Shown here piece by piece: positions 1 through 11,233 of a DNA stretch of 64,000 nt; position 1 is the first letter of the stretch; each line of letters starts with the position of its first letter. A program made the position numbers and the translations under genes. The stretch lies in the NCBI GenBank assembly GCA_965249485.1, contig OZ252239.1, forward strand, positions 1,728,001-1,792,000, in the 5' to 3' direction. The notes under the pieces were generated by a model that was not told the origin of the DNA, did not search any database, and saw only the letters and a program-made list of their open reading frames with translations. The DNA comes from a bacterium (GTDB lineage: Bacteria > SM23-31).

Positions 1-2
1 TT

Positions 3-1217
3 GGAAATTATTATGTACAGAGCAATTATTCAAGAAGTATAGCAGATAATTACACAGGATACTTCTCCATTGCTTATACGGAAGGAAAGCCTTTTAAAAA
101 TGACAGACTTGATACCGATAGCGATCCCGCAGATTGGATTACAAGAGAGGTCGGGTACAAAGGAATTGATGTATCCGCTAAATTAGATTATAATATCAGT
201 GCAAACAATATTGTCACTTTTGGCTTTGATCACACAATTGATGATCAGGATTTACAAACATATTATTTCAACGTATCTGGTAACACAAAATCTCCACGTC
301 AGGGTTTAATAAATGGCAACAAAGATTTCATTAATTCAGGGTATTTTTTGCAAGCGATTTATTATCCTATCGCCGACTTAGGCATAACTGCCGGTCTAAG
401 ATATGACGATCATAATATTTATGAAGACGTGGTCAATTACAGAATAGGTGGGGTATATCAAGTATCCGATAAAATCTATACAAAACTTCTCTCCTATAAG
501 GCTCCATCCTCCTCACAATTATTTTCCAATTTTATTGTTTCGCAAGGTGTTGTTGGTAATCCTGACTTAAATCCCGAAAAAGCAAGCACTGTTGAGGCTG
601 CGATAGGATTGCAACTCGTGAATAACCTGAATATTAATGTAAATGCTTTTTACAACACAATCGATGACAAAGTGGAGCTCGTGATACCAGACGGTTCACT
701 TTCTAACGTCAGGCCTGACAATATCGCTAAGATCAATTCCGCGGGTGTAGAAGTTGAGATACTCCATAATTTTAGAAATTTGAGGAGTTTTGTAAACTAT
801 TCTTTTCAAAAAAGCATCATTGAAAAAGACGATCTTATTCGAGGAGAGGTCAAATTAAATACAGATTTGTATCCATCAAATATGGTAAAATTCGGAACGA
901 ACTACAGAATTCCTGATTACTATTTAAACTTGAATCTTGAAGGCAGGTGGATAGACACACGTCTTTCAAGCGAGATAAATAGTTTTATTTTTGATCCTGT
1001 AAATTTCAGGGTTCAAAGGTATAAGTTGAAATCCTATCTGGTGATAGACGTAACGTTATCCACTCAAAATATCAGCTTGTTTTCCGGAAGGGAAACCGGT
1101 GTTACAATTAAAAGTTTTAATGTATTTGATAAAAAATTCGCCTATCCCGGATTTAAAGATTTTGACATTCCGGGATTTGGAAGGTCGGTAGTCTTAAACC
1201 TGACACAACATTTTTAA
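3..1217 (+). CDS. TonB-dependent receptor, C-terminal part (5' end outside window)
   Basis: The frame is open from position 3 (GNYYVQSNYSRS...) into the 348 ORF. Motifs AGLRYDD, YKAPS..QL, GNPDLNPEK, NVFDKKF, GFGRS and a terminal Phe. Confidence 0.9.
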   Translation, partial: GNYYVQSNYSRSIADNYTGYFSIAYTEGKPFKNDRLDTDSDPADWITREVGYKGIDVSAKLDYNISANNIVTFGFDHTIDDQDLQTYYFNVSGNTKSPRQGLINGNKDFINSGYFLQAIYYPIADLGITAGLRYDDHNIYEDVVNYRIGGVYQVSDKIYTKLLSYKAPSSSQLFSNFIVSQGVVGNPDLNPEKASTVEAAIGLQLVNNLNINVNAFYNTIDDKVELVIPDGSLSNVRPDNIAKINSAGVEVEILHNFRNLRSFVNYSFQKSIIEKDDLIRGEVKLNTDLYPSNMVKFGTNYRIPDYYLNLNLEGRWIDTRLSSEINSFIFDPVNFRVQRYKLKSYLVIDVTLSTQNISLFSGRETGVTIKSFNVFDKKFAYPGFKDFDIPGFGRSVVLNLTQHF

Positions 1218-1242
1218 TGCTTAATAAGATATTGACCATATA

Positions 1243-2565
1243 ATGTATCAGAATTGTTTTGGAGAAAAAGCAGTGAAGAATTGTAAGATCAATAGCATAT
1301 ATATTATTGCAGCAGCCATTGTATTTCTCTTTGTAGTGACCTGCAGTCCTCTGGAAGTGGATCTGGGGGAAAGAGTCCTTGAGGATCCTTTGAAAATTGG
1401 ACTTATTGTTCCTTTGTCGGTTGACAGAACAGATGAAGGAATAGCTTTTTTTGCATCAAATCTTGCTGCTGAAGAAATCAATAGAGAAGGTGGAGTTCTC
1501 GGTAGAGAGCTCGAAATAGTATTAGTTAATGACGGAGGTTTACCCGCACAAGGTGTAGAAGGCGCATTGAATCTTAAAGAAGAAGGTATAGACATCATTT
1601 TGGGTCCTGCCTGGTCAAGTGTGACATTAGCTGTAACGCAGCAATTCTCTATAGCAAACGGAATGTTATTAATGTCTCACAGCGCAACTTCTCCCCAGAT
1701 TTCGCACTTGCAGGACAACAATTTAGTGTGGAGAACGTCGCCTTCCGACGCGTTCCAGGGCACAATAGGAGCGGATTTTGTATTCAATAGGTTTCAAAAA
1801 GAAACGGTCGGAATTTTGTTCTCTACAAACGCATATGCTGCCGATCTTTCTAGCTCTTTCAGTGATGCATTTGAAGAATTAGCGGGAGAAAATTCGATAG
1901 TAAGTTTTGTCTCATATCCGGAAATGCTGAACTATGAATCGTATGATTTTACTCCCCATTTGGATGAGCTTTTTGCAGATAGACCCGATGCAATTTATTT
2001 CACCTCATTTTCATCAGACGCTATAAAAATAACAAATGATATTTTTGAGGGTGGATATTTAAGCGACGATTACAGACCTTTGTTTTTCTCAAACGACGGT
2101 CCGTTCGGAATAGACTTCATATTTAATGGAAATCCGGAAATTCTTGAGGGAATGGTGGGAACGCAGCCTACCGGTGTAGCGAGCGATCCAAATTTCCTTC
2201 TTTTTGAAAATAATTTCAATAACAGGTTCAAGTTTAACCCTGTTCCCTTCAACGAACATGTATATGATGCTGTTTACCTGATCGCTTATTCCATATTAAA
2301 ATCCGGTTCGACAACTCCCCAAAATATAGCCTTGGAATTACGTAATATTTCCGGAGGTAATCCCGGAGTTCAAGGTACGATTATCAATGTAAATGAGTTT
2401 GGAAAAGCAAGAGATATTATTGAGAGTGGGGAAGATATCAATTATAATGGTGCATCAGGTGTGATCGACTTTGATGAAAACGGTGATCCCAGCACGGGAA
2501 CCTACAAGATTTGGAGAATTGTCAACGGGGAAGCCATTATAGAAGAAATTGTAACTTTTCCATAG
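1243..2565 (+). CDS. Branched-chain amino acid/leucine-binding family substrate-binding lipoprotein
   Basis: Lipobox-like VVTC, KIGLIVPLS, EEINREGGVLGRELE, GPAWSS, HSATSPQIS, YDAVYL, YNGASGVIDFDENGD. GTG at 1273 after GGAG is a likely start. Confidence 0.88.
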   Translation: MYQNCFGEKAVKNCKINSIYIIAAAIVFLFVVTCSPLEVDLGERVLEDPLKIGLIVPLSVDRTDEGIAFFASNLAAEEINREGGVLGRELEIVLVNDGGLPAQGVEGALNLKEEGIDIILGPAWSSVTLAVTQQFSIANGMLLMSHSATSPQISHLQDNNLVWRTSPSDAFQGTIGADFVFNRFQKETVGILFSTNAYAADLSSSFSDAFEELAGENSIVSFVSYPEMLNYESYDFTPHLDELFADRPDAIYFTSFSSDAIKITNDIFEGGYLSDDYRPLFFSNDGPFGIDFIFNGNPEILEGMVGTQPTGVASDPNFLLFENNFNNRFKFNPVPFNEHVYDAVYLIAYSILKSGSTTPQNIALELRNISGGNPGVQGTIINVNEFGKARDIIESGEDINYNGASGVIDFDENGDPSTGTYKIWRIVNGEAIIEEIVTFP

Positions 2566-2678
2566 TTATTGGATTTAGAATCCTTAAGAACATAACCGGA
2601 ACCTGGAAAACTACCATAATTATTGACATTTTTTTATCGAGATTCTTTGGTTCTGTGATATATATTTCACGTTAAAAC

Positions 2679-3230
2679 ATGTGTAATCCAAAAATGAAAA
2701 TTGCCGGAAGTGTTTTAGTCATAATTTTTATTTATTTGAGTATTTTACCCTTGTATGGACAGCAAATTATTAGCGCTGACGTCGAGTACACTATTAAATC
2801 CGCAAACATTTACAAAATCTGCAGGTTTACCGAGTGGCCAGGAGTGGTTGATACAACCCGTCATTTTGTTATCTCTGTTATTGGAGAATTCGAAGATAGA
2901 AAAGAGATTGCAATACCAAAAAACAGACTGATTGGTAATAGAGAAATTGATATAAGAAAAATCAATACTATAGATGAAATAAAAGACTCGGAAGTTCTTT
3001 TCATTTATTCATCCGTACTGGATTCATTGGACTTGATATTAGAATATGTTAAAGACAAACCGATTCTTACCATTAGTGACACTGAAGGATTTGCTGAAAG
3101 GGGAGTAATATTAAATTTTTATATTGAAGACGATTTAGTCAAATTTGAAATTAACCGTAATTTTGCACAGCAATCACTTGTCAGACTAAACTCTCAGTTA
3201 TTTTCATTAGGTAGAATTATACAAAATTAA
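2679..3230 (+). CDS. YfiR/DUF4154 family periplasmic protein
   Basis: EYTIKSANIYKICRFTEWP, PILTISDTEGFAERG, INFY..VKFEIN and LNSQL match the family pattern; signal peptide present. Confidence 0.88.
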   Translation: MCNPKMKIAGSVLVIIFIYLSILPLYGQQIISADVEYTIKSANIYKICRFTEWPGVVDTTRHFVISVIGEFEDRKEIAIPKNRLIGNREIDIRKINTIDEIKDSEVLFIYSSVLDSLDLILEYVKDKPILTISDTEGFAERGVILNFYIEDDLVKFEINRNFAQQSLVRLNSQLFSLGRIIQN

Positions 3231-3348
3231 ATCGGCACTTTGATTACAATATATCCTTACATGAGATACATGATCACATTGTGTCTTACTCGATACAAAC
3301 ACTCTTGTACAAATTTGTTGTTTCCATTACCAGACCAAATTTGCCAAA

Positions 3349-5896
3349 ATGACAAATACCTATAAAAACCTCTCAATCAGAAAAAAATATACGCTAATTT
3401 CTCTTATCGCGGTATTTTGGGCCACTGTTGCAGTGCTTATTGCCCTCGGAATCAAAAATAATCAGACTTTAAAGGATGACCTTACTGCAAAGATAGAAGC
3501 CGGGGCAGATGTAATAGTTTCAAATTCTGTAGCAGCAGTAGATTTCGGGGACCGGAATCAGGCTGAAATCGTTCTGGCAAGCTTAATCGGCATTCCGGAA
3601 ATTGCCGGGGCAGTTATGAATGATGTTAACGGTAATGAGTTCGCTGTTTTCAAGAGGTTCGACGAAGTTCCGAGTCCGATAATAGATGAGATGGACGAAG
3701 CTTTTTTGTTTAAGAACAGTTATCTTTACGTCAGAAAAAACATCGATTATCAGAACGAATTGTTGGGTAGTTTACATATAATTGCGTCAACGGAAACTCT
3801 ATCACAGCAGAGACTTGAATTCATATTATTCGCCCTCGTAGTCCTTAGTGTAATATTTTTAGTAACAGCTCTTCTGGGTGGAGTACTGTCTAAAAGCATC
3901 ACGGACCCAATTGTACAATTGTCCGATACAGCTGCAACCATTTCTGAAAAAGGTGACTATTCTATTCGTGTCACGAAACACCATAATGACGAGACCGGTG
4001 CTCTTTTTGACAGTTTTAACAATATGTTAGACCATATAGCCTTAAAAAATTCCGAGATTGAAGGTCTCAATGAGAATCTGTTAGATTCGGAGAAAAAATA
4101 CCGAAGGATATTTGAAAATGCAACCGAAGGTATTTTTCAATCGACGCCTGGCGGCAAATATGTAACGGTAAATCAGGCATTAGCAAGAATTTTTGGGTAT
4201 GATTCTCCAGAAGATTTTTTGGAAATTATCAATGATGCTCAGAGTCAAATCTATGTTGATCCAAGAAAACGTGATGATTTCCAAAATGAAATCAAAAAAA
4301 ATAACGTTGTCATAGATTTTGAATACGAGGCTTATAAGAAGGATGGAAGTATAATATATGTTACGGAAAACGCACACACGGTAAGGGATGAGAATAATAA
4401 TTTGCTTTATTACGAAGGGACTGCATTAGATATTTCTGAAAAAAAGAGAAGCGAAGATCTGAAATTAGCGAAAGAGGCTGCTGAGGTGGCAAACAAAGCG
4501 AAAAGTGCTTTTCTGGCGAATATGTCGCATGAAATTCGCACACCTATGAATGCCATCCTGGGTTATTCACAACTGATCCAGCGCGACCATAATCTGAGTG
4601 AAGAACATGAAAAGTCTTTAGAATCGGTTAAAAGGAGCGGTGAGCATTTGATGGCGTTGATTAATGACATCCTCGAAATGTCCAAGATTGAAGCAGGAAG
4701 AGTGACTCTCGACTCAAGAGCATTCGATTTCTACAGGTTTATGCATGACCTGGAAGAAATGTTTCAGCTTCGGACAGGTGCAAAAAACCTCAAATTAGAA
4801 GTGAATATTTCAGATGATACTCCACAATATATCATATCTGACGAAGGAAAAGTGCGTCAAGTTCTCATAAATCTGCTGGAAAACGCAATTAAATTTACTC
4901 AAGAAGGCGGAATTACTGTCAAAGCAAACGTTGTGCAGGTTGGACAGAAAAAGGCGAAAGGTAAGAACAATAATAACGTAAAAATGATCATTAAAGTCGA
5001 GGATTCCGGGCAGGGAATCTCGAAGAACGATCTTGGACGAATATTTAAAAATTTTGAGCAAGTTTTAGAAAATAAGAATAGTGGAAGAGGTACAGGATTG
5101 GGTCTGGCAATAAGCCGAAATTATGCACATATTTTAGATGGCGATATATCAGTTACCAGTTCTTTAGGAAAGGGAAGCATATTTTTATTTGAGTTTGGGG
5201 CAGAAACAAGTGACGCATCTAGTGTGGTACCCGAAACACCAAAACTCAATATCATTGGTATAGAAGCAAATCAAAAACAATTTCGGGTCCTTATAGTAGA
5301 CGACGATGAATCAAATAGAGACATTCTGATTAAAATGTTAACAGATATAGGCTTTACAACACACATTGCAGTGAATGGAAAAGAAAGTATTGCAGCGTTT
5401 AAAGAGTGGAAACCACACCTTATTTTAATGGATATACTCATGCCCGAAATGGACGGCAAAGAAGCCATGAAACGTATCCGAAAGTTACCTGCTGGAAAAA
5501 AGACCATAATTTTTGCCATAACAGCAAGCGTTCTAAAGGATGAAGAAAATGAAGTGATGGAATCTGGGGCAGACGAATTTATCCGTAAATCTGTCAGTGA
5601 ATCGGTTTTATTTCAAGCAATCAAGAGAAATTGTGATGTTAAATTTGTTTATGACAAGGAAACTAATATTCCTGACATACAAATTGTCAACAATTCTTTC
5701 AACCTTTCAAAGGAATCTTTTTCAAAACTGCCAGAGGATCTGATCAAGAATTTAAGTAAAGCTTTAAAACTTGGTAAAGCAGGATGAAACCTATGAATTG
5801 TTGTCACAGATTTCAGATTATGATGCGAATTTAGCCAACGGTCTGCGTGGCCTTGTTGAGAATTTCGAATATGATAAAATAATTAAGCTGATGTAA
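3349..5896 (+). CDS. Hybrid sensor histidine kinase (periplasmic CHASE-like, HAMP, PAS, HisKA, HATPase, REC); 1-bp frameshift near the 3' end
   Basis: [43 protein letters not shown]. The ORF stops at 5787, but removing one A near 5777 extends it to DETYELL...[21 protein letters not shown] at 5896. Confidence 0.88.
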
Positions 5897-6011
5897 TCGA
5901 GCGGAAAACGTGCGCGACCTGGTGGGGAGATTTGACTATAATAGAGCTTGAATCTCTCCTCAAAAAGAAATTTCTTATAAATTGTATATGTGTTTATTAA
6001 ACCAATAATCG

Positions 6012-7083
6012 ATGGAGTTAATAACGATGCGAGATATCTTAAAACATAAGAACGCGGATATTCTCATAGTAGACGATACGCCGGCAAACCTTCAATTATT
6101 GAACAAAATGCTCAAAAATGAAGGATATAAGGTCAGGCTTTTACCCAGTGGGAAAATGGCACTGGATGCGGTTAAAGAAGAGCCGCCGGTATTGATACTT
6201 CTTGACATCAACATGCCGGGAATGAACGGATTTGAAGTTTGTGAAAAGATTAAATCCTTTCCCGAAACAAAAGATATTCCCATTATTTTTCTCACAGCAA
6301 TGACCGAATTGGAAGATGTAATTAAAGGCTTCAAGCTTGGGGCGGTAGATTACATAACTAAGCCCTTCAACCAGGAAGAACTTCTTGTAAGAATAAATAC
6401 TCACAATGGAATTAACACTTGCTCAATACGAAATTCGTGATCTCAATAAACAACTGCTTAAGGCGAACGAGGAACTCAATGAATGGAACGACAGACTTGA
6501 AGAAAAAATTGACAAAAAGACAATGGAAATCTATGAGATGAATAAGGTTCTAACGCGAAAGAACGAAGCTTTAGGGAGCAGGGATAGAGTTCTTGAGTAT
6601 CTTCTCGATTTTCATCCAATAAATGATTCGATGCTTTATATCTTACAAGAATTTTTTAAACTAACAGATATTGAAAGAATTATAGTCTATGTCATAACAG
6701 ATGCCAAAGATTTCAAGCCCCTTTTTGGAATGTCAATGGAAAACAAGAAGAAACTGTTAACAAAAAAAGAACTCTCGAAATTCCTTGATTTACCGGGTTT
6801 GAGTAAAGCACAATTAAAGAAATTCCTTTCCAGTAAAGAATTAGTGATTGATAGTATAAACGATTTTTCGGTTATGGTCCCACTTATAAAGGAAAATATT
6901 CAAATCGGTTATATTTTATTCGGCAATACGCAAAAGCAGCAAAATATTAGCGAAGAATGTATCGAATTTGCCTTGGACATGTCAAATATGTTTTCACTTG
7001 TAGTAAATGATTTTCTTGTAAGAGGATCGTACGACGATCTCGAAAATAAGCTTGAGGATGTGTTAAGTGATATCGAAAAATAA
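6012..7083 (+). CDS. Response regulator (REC, coiled coil, GAF-like domain) split by a 1-bp insertion
   Basis: ILIVDD, LLDINMP, DYITKPF. In 'cac-a-atggaatta' (~6405), removing one A joins INTH to MELTLAQ and fuses ORFs 6012-6440 and 6406-7083. Confidence 0.8.
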
Positions 7084-7124
7084 ATAGAGGATTTTTACAA
7101 CCACAACCTGATGAATCTGAAACT

Positions 7125-9452
7125 ATGCAAACTTTCAAAGACGAAGAAAATTTAGAAAATTTTGATTTTTCAAAGTTAAATCAAATTCTTTCAGAAGAAC
7201 TGTCCAATCAATATGATGATGTTGAACCTGCTGACAAATTGGAACAAAACATATTGGTGATCGAAGTGCCCACTCTTGATGAGGGATATAGGAAAGCTTG
7301 TGATCTGTTCGAAGTCGATGAAAAGGAAGTGGAATACAAAATTTTGAAAAAATCCGCACATGAGGGAAGTCCAAGCGGGAAACTATTAAAAATTGAATTT
7401 AGAAAAAGGACAATATCCGGATCAAGTAAGATTATTATCGCTGACGATAATCTTTCAGCGTCAATAGATACATTATATCCCAGGAAAACGGACGGTGAAT
7501 TTACCAGTTATTCTGAGGTCGTTGACCAAATACAGAAGATGGGAATAAACGATGGTGTAAAATTAGCTACAATTCGAAATTCTGTTAAATCAGTCTTAGA
7601 GAATATGGAAGTAATGAATGATATTGTCATTGCTAAAAAGGAAAAACCACATCCTGGTAAAAATGCAGAATTGATTGATGGGATATTTAATGATATAGAA
7701 GAGTTATCGTACAAATCCCATAAAGGCATTCCATTTACCCGTTTACTCCAACTACAAGATTTAAAGGAATTGGAGGAAAAATCCTTTCCGGTGTACTTAA
7801 TGAGTAAAGGGGAAATCGCTGCTACTACGACCCTTCCAACAGAAGGCAGAAAAGGTGTTGATATTTTTGGAAAGGAAATAGAGTCTACCTTTGGCGTCAA
7901 GGTCTTTGAAGTTGGTGATAATGTAAAGTATGAATTTGATGCCGAAAGAATTTCATATTTTGCTGAGAGATGCGGTTATCTGTTCAATGACAACAATACA
8001 TTACATGTAATATCGCCAATCTGGATTAATGAAGACGAATTGTCGGCATATTTTGTCAAATTGCCTACATTTAACTCCTTTCAAAAGGAATTTAAGGAAG
8101 AAGATTTGAAAGAGTTGATTGAAGATTCTAATATAATATTAAACAATACCTCTGATTTAGTGTATTTGATAAATGAATACCTGAAGGAAAAGAAAGGAAA
8201 ATTTGAACTTATAAAAATTGCAGAAGGCTATCCCCCGGAAAAAGGGCACGATGCAAAAATCGAATATTTTTTTGACAAAGACGTTGGAACTGGTGACATG
8301 AAGAAAGATGGAAGCATTGATTTTCAAACTATTGAGCGGGGAGATACAATTCAAGCAAATCAATTGATTGCTGTAAAATATCTGGCAACAGAGGGAGCCC
8401 TCGGAGTCACCATTTCGGGAAAAAGACTCCCGGCGATAAACGGAATAGAAAAAAGTCTTGAAGGATTAAACAATATTCGCATCGTAAAACAAAAGAAAAA
8501 GCATTTGTATTACTCCACTATAGAAGGTATTGTTGATCTTGTGGGTAATTATGGTATTAGTGTAAACAGGAATTATAAAATAGACGGAGACCTTGATTAT
8601 AAGACCGGTAATGTTTCATTTGATGGAAACGTCCACATAAAAGGATCGGTCAAATCAGGATTTAATGTTGTTGTAGATGGCGATGTTTTGATTGAAGGCA
8701 GTGTCAGTAGTAAATCGACAGTACATTCCGGTGGAAATATCATTGTTAAAGAGGGAATAGTTGGCAAGAATGATTTATATATCAAAGCAAAGGGCAGTAT
8801 AACTGTTCCATTTATTCACGGAGCCAATGTAGAGGTAGATGGAGATGTTATCGTTAAGGAATACATAATCCATTCTGTTGTAAAATCTAGGGGAAGCGTA
8901 TATTCTCCTGCCTTTAATAAGAAAGCGATAGGCAGAGGAGTGATAATGAATAGTGAAATATATGCCTTAAAAAGTGTTGTCGCTAACAAAGTTGGTTCCG
9001 AATATGCCGGAAATACCAAAATATTTACCGGGATAGACACAAAATTGGAATCAAAAGTCAAGAAGTTGCAATTTAATTTGAAAGTGTGTGACAATGGGAT
9101 CTCGAAAATATCCGATTCGTTACGGATCGGATATAATGACGTTGAAAAGCTGAAATTAATTCTGAAAAAACTGAATCCATCCAGACAAAAACCTATAATT
9201 GAAATGTTTGAAAAACTCAATGAACTTTTAAAATTCAGGAATTCAATATCCGAAAAAATCAGCATCCTTCGGAGCCAAATCGATGAATTTCCTTTTGATG
9301 GGGAAATCGTTGTCAGGGACATGATTTTCCCCGAAGTATTAATTCAAATTGGTGAAAGTAGTACGAAAACAGAATCTGTGCTCAACTTGGTCAAGTACTC
9401 ACTGAGCGATAATGGTAAAGATATTAAGATTACAAAATTAGAGAAAATGTAA
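7125..9452 (+). CDS. FapA/DUF342 family protein with a Jag_N-like N-terminus
   Basis: IAEGYPPEKGHDA, GSIDF, GDLDYKTGNVSFDGNVHIKGSV beta-helix and a C-terminal coiled coil. The N-terminal DUF342-like segment occurs twice. Confidence 0.85.
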   Translation: MQTFKDEENLENFDFSKLNQILSEELSNQYDDVEPADKLEQNILVIEVPTLDEGYRKACDLFEVDEKEVEYKILKKSAHEGSPSGKLLKIEFRKRTISGSSKIIIADDNLSASIDTLYPRKTDGEFTSYSEVVDQIQKMGINDGVKLATIRNSVKSVLENMEVMNDIVIAKKEKPHPGKNAELIDGIFNDIEELSYKSHKGIPFTRLLQLQDLKELEEKSFPVYLMSKGEIAATTTLPTEGRKGVDIFGKEIESTFGVKVFEVGDNVKYEFDAERISYFAERCGYLFNDNNTLHVISPIWINEDELSAYFVKLPTFNSFQKEFKEEDLKELIEDSNIILNNTSDLVYLINEYLKEKKGKFELIKIAEGYPPEKGHDAKIEYFFDKDVGTGDMKKDGSIDFQTIERGDTIQANQLIAVKYLATEGALGVTISGKRLPAINGIEKSLEGLNNIRIVKQKKKHLYYSTIEGIVDLVGNYGISVNRNYKIDGDLDYKTGNVSFDGNVHIKGSVKSGFNVVVDGDVLIEGSVSSKSTVHSGGNIIVKEGIVGKNDLYIKAKGSITVPFIHGANVEVDGDVIVKEYIIHSVVKSRGSVYSPAFNKKAIGRGVIMNSEIYALKSVVANKVGSEYAGNTKIFTGIDTKLESKVKKLQFNLKVCDNGISKISDSLRIGYNDVEKLKLILKKLNPSRQKPIIEMFEKLNELLKFRNSISEKISILRSQIDEFPFDGEIVVRDMIFPEVLIQIGESSTKTESVLNLVKYSLSDNGKDIKITKLEKM

Positions 9453-9624
9453 TCTCAAGCTGCATGAGTTCTTGTATTTTTTCAATATACGCCGGACTAC
9501 AAAGATTTAAAAACAAGAGATACTTTAAACTTCTCCACGTGTATTTCATTCCCCAAACTGTACGATTACTCAGCAAATAAATACAGTCTATTTATTCAAA
9601 TTCCATTGAATAATGATTTTAGGA

Positions 9625-9836
9625 TGTACATCGTCAGAACAAGTTGGACAGTATTAGTTGAAATTAAGAGATACATTGAGTTTTTCCAAGTGATTTTTTT
9701 CTCACATCCCTTCGTAAGTCGTCTTTCCAGATAACTCTCCCCTAGCATATATACTAACAAGGATTTAACATTATTTGCATATAAGGAGGATTTTTACCGA
9801 ATGGATAGAAAGAATTGAAGAGTCGAAAAACTGGGA
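9625..9836 (-). repeat. Promoter + conserved-site element, copy A (long form)
   Basis: Minus strand reads TTGGAA-N17-TAATTT...GTCCAACTTGTTCTGACGATGTAC. It aligns by eye over ~210 bp with 13331-13538 (shared TCCAGATAACTCTC, TACCGAATGGAT, GAGTCGAAAAA..CTGGGA). Confidence 0.8.
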
Positions 9837-10090
9837 GGATTTTTGGGTAGGACGCGAACGTATCACGCCATTCTTAAAAACATCAATAAATACAACACCT
9901 TACATATCGCTAAAATCCCCATTTATTTCTAAATTGTGCCTAAAATTTTCAATTTTTCATTTTCAATTGAAAAATGTTGAATTTTGCTTTTGTAAAATAA
10001 TCTCTAAGCAACTCTGCAAATCCGAATGCTCAAATCGAAACAAAACTGTCTCTTAATAGTAGGTGTAAATCTAACCAAAATATTCTGAAC

Positions 10091-10155
10091 CACTTCAGCA
10101 TAGACTAAATGTACCTCTTAACCATTAACCTAAAACAGTCCAACTTGTTCTGAAC
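10091..10155 (+). repeat. Promoter + conserved-site element, copy B
   Basis: cactt...aatgtacctcttaacc...GTCCAACTTGTTCTGAAC. Confidence 0.7.
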
Positions 10156-10236
10156 CCCTGCAATTTTAAGTCAAATATTTTTTAATAATTTATTAATCAA
10201 TATCTTGATAATCTTTTGTTTACATACAAAATTTCT

Positions 10237-10704
10237 TTAAGGAATAGAAGTGAAAAAATTATGACATATTACTGAACATCGATGAAGAGAATTATAAGTT
10301 AATCGGATCTTATTTGCCTTAATTTCATAATAAGGTTTAATTTTTTTGTTATGATTATCTAAAAGGGGATTTCTTTTAATTTTAGCAAGATAATTCTTAA
10401 TTTCTGTTTCATGAAAATTTGGAGAAAGTAATCCATCTCCACTGTGAGCAAAACAATTTCTTATATGGTTAAAATTAATAAATTCGTCCCAATGGATCCA
10501 TTGGAATGGTTTATTATATCTGGCATTTCAAATATGTTCAGGGCAATTTTGATTAAGTCATGAAAAAATCATTATTATGCCCCCACCAAAAATATAATTA
10601 CGTTCATCAGAAGGTAGCTGCTTACCAGTCATTACCTTTTCATGAACAACCCCCGATCTAATAACTCTATATATTGTTCTAAATATATGTATGTCTTTCG
10701 GCAT
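10237..10704 (-). pseudogene. HEPN-motif protein, disrupted
   Basis: RBS-like AAGGGA then MPKDIHIF...; two in-frame TGA and one frameshift, then WIHWDEFINFNHIRNCFAHSG (Rx4H motif at 10444-10461) to TAA at 10237. Not in the ORF track. Confidence 0.55.
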
Positions 10705-10834
10705 ATCTACTATCCCTTTCTTATATATAACTCTTTAAATACTTCTCAAAATTCCAATTAAATCTATCCATGGCATAATAATATTCTTAATGGAATAGGA
10801 ATGAGATTAGAGGTAAGATTACAATTAAGTGAAA

Positions 10835-10896
10835 ACTCTTCATAGAAAAATTATCTCTTACATATTAATTTTAAATCTGTCCAACTTGTTCTGAAC
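10835..10896 (+). repeat. Promoter + conserved-site element, copy C
   Basis: ...attatctcttacatatt...CTGTCCAACTTGTTCTGAAC. Confidence 0.7.
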
Positions 10897-10975
10897 ATTT
10901 AGAATACAGGAATAAGAAAGGTAATTAAAAGCCGTTTGAGATGGATATCGCCAGATAAAATAATATTACGATTGC

Positions 10976-11029
10976 CGTCAGCCATCAATCGCATGAGGTA
11001 CGAGCTTCGGCAGTATGGCGTTGTTAGGT
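10976..11029 (-). other. Degenerate integron attC-like site
   Basis: Minus strand reads ACCTAAC (RYYYAAC) AAC GCCAT ACTGCCGAAG CTCGTACCTC ... GATGGC TGACG. The left arm and loop look like attC; the right arm is partly decayed and lacks GTTRRRY. Confidence 0.6.
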
Positions 11030-11080
11030 ATTTTAACAGACCTGATTCGTTAAAATCTCATGGATGTTGGACATCATAAA

Positions 11081-11233
11081 TTACTTGCGTGGTGGTATGT
11101 CTGTGTCACAGAATTTACAACGCACATTTTCCAGTTTTTTACTTGCAGGGACAATTTGGTCTTTCTTACATTTAGGACATGTCCGCTTAAGGCGAAAAAC
11201 TGAGTTAATTGCTAACTGAAATATCGGATTCAT
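11081..11233 (-). CDS. Small zinc-ribbon protein (50 aa)
   Basis: MNPIFQLAINSVFRLKRTCPKCKKDQIVPASKKLENVRCKFCDTDIPPRK*. The ATG abuts the kef stop, with an AGGCGGAG RBS in the kef 3' end. Confidence 0.7.
   Translation of the reverse strand: MNPIFQLAINSVFRLKRTCPKCKKDQIVPASKKLENVRCKFCDTDIPPRK

Noticed and set aside
470..510. Possible short in-frame deletion in the TonB receptor (YTKLL-SYKAP, lacking the usual YGx)
   Set aside because: It cannot be distinguished from natural variation or sequencing error without an alignment.
9775..10056. 93-aa ORF
   Set aside because: It overlaps the non-coding repeat, starts at TTG, has no motifs, and the frame is not evidently kept in the other long copy.
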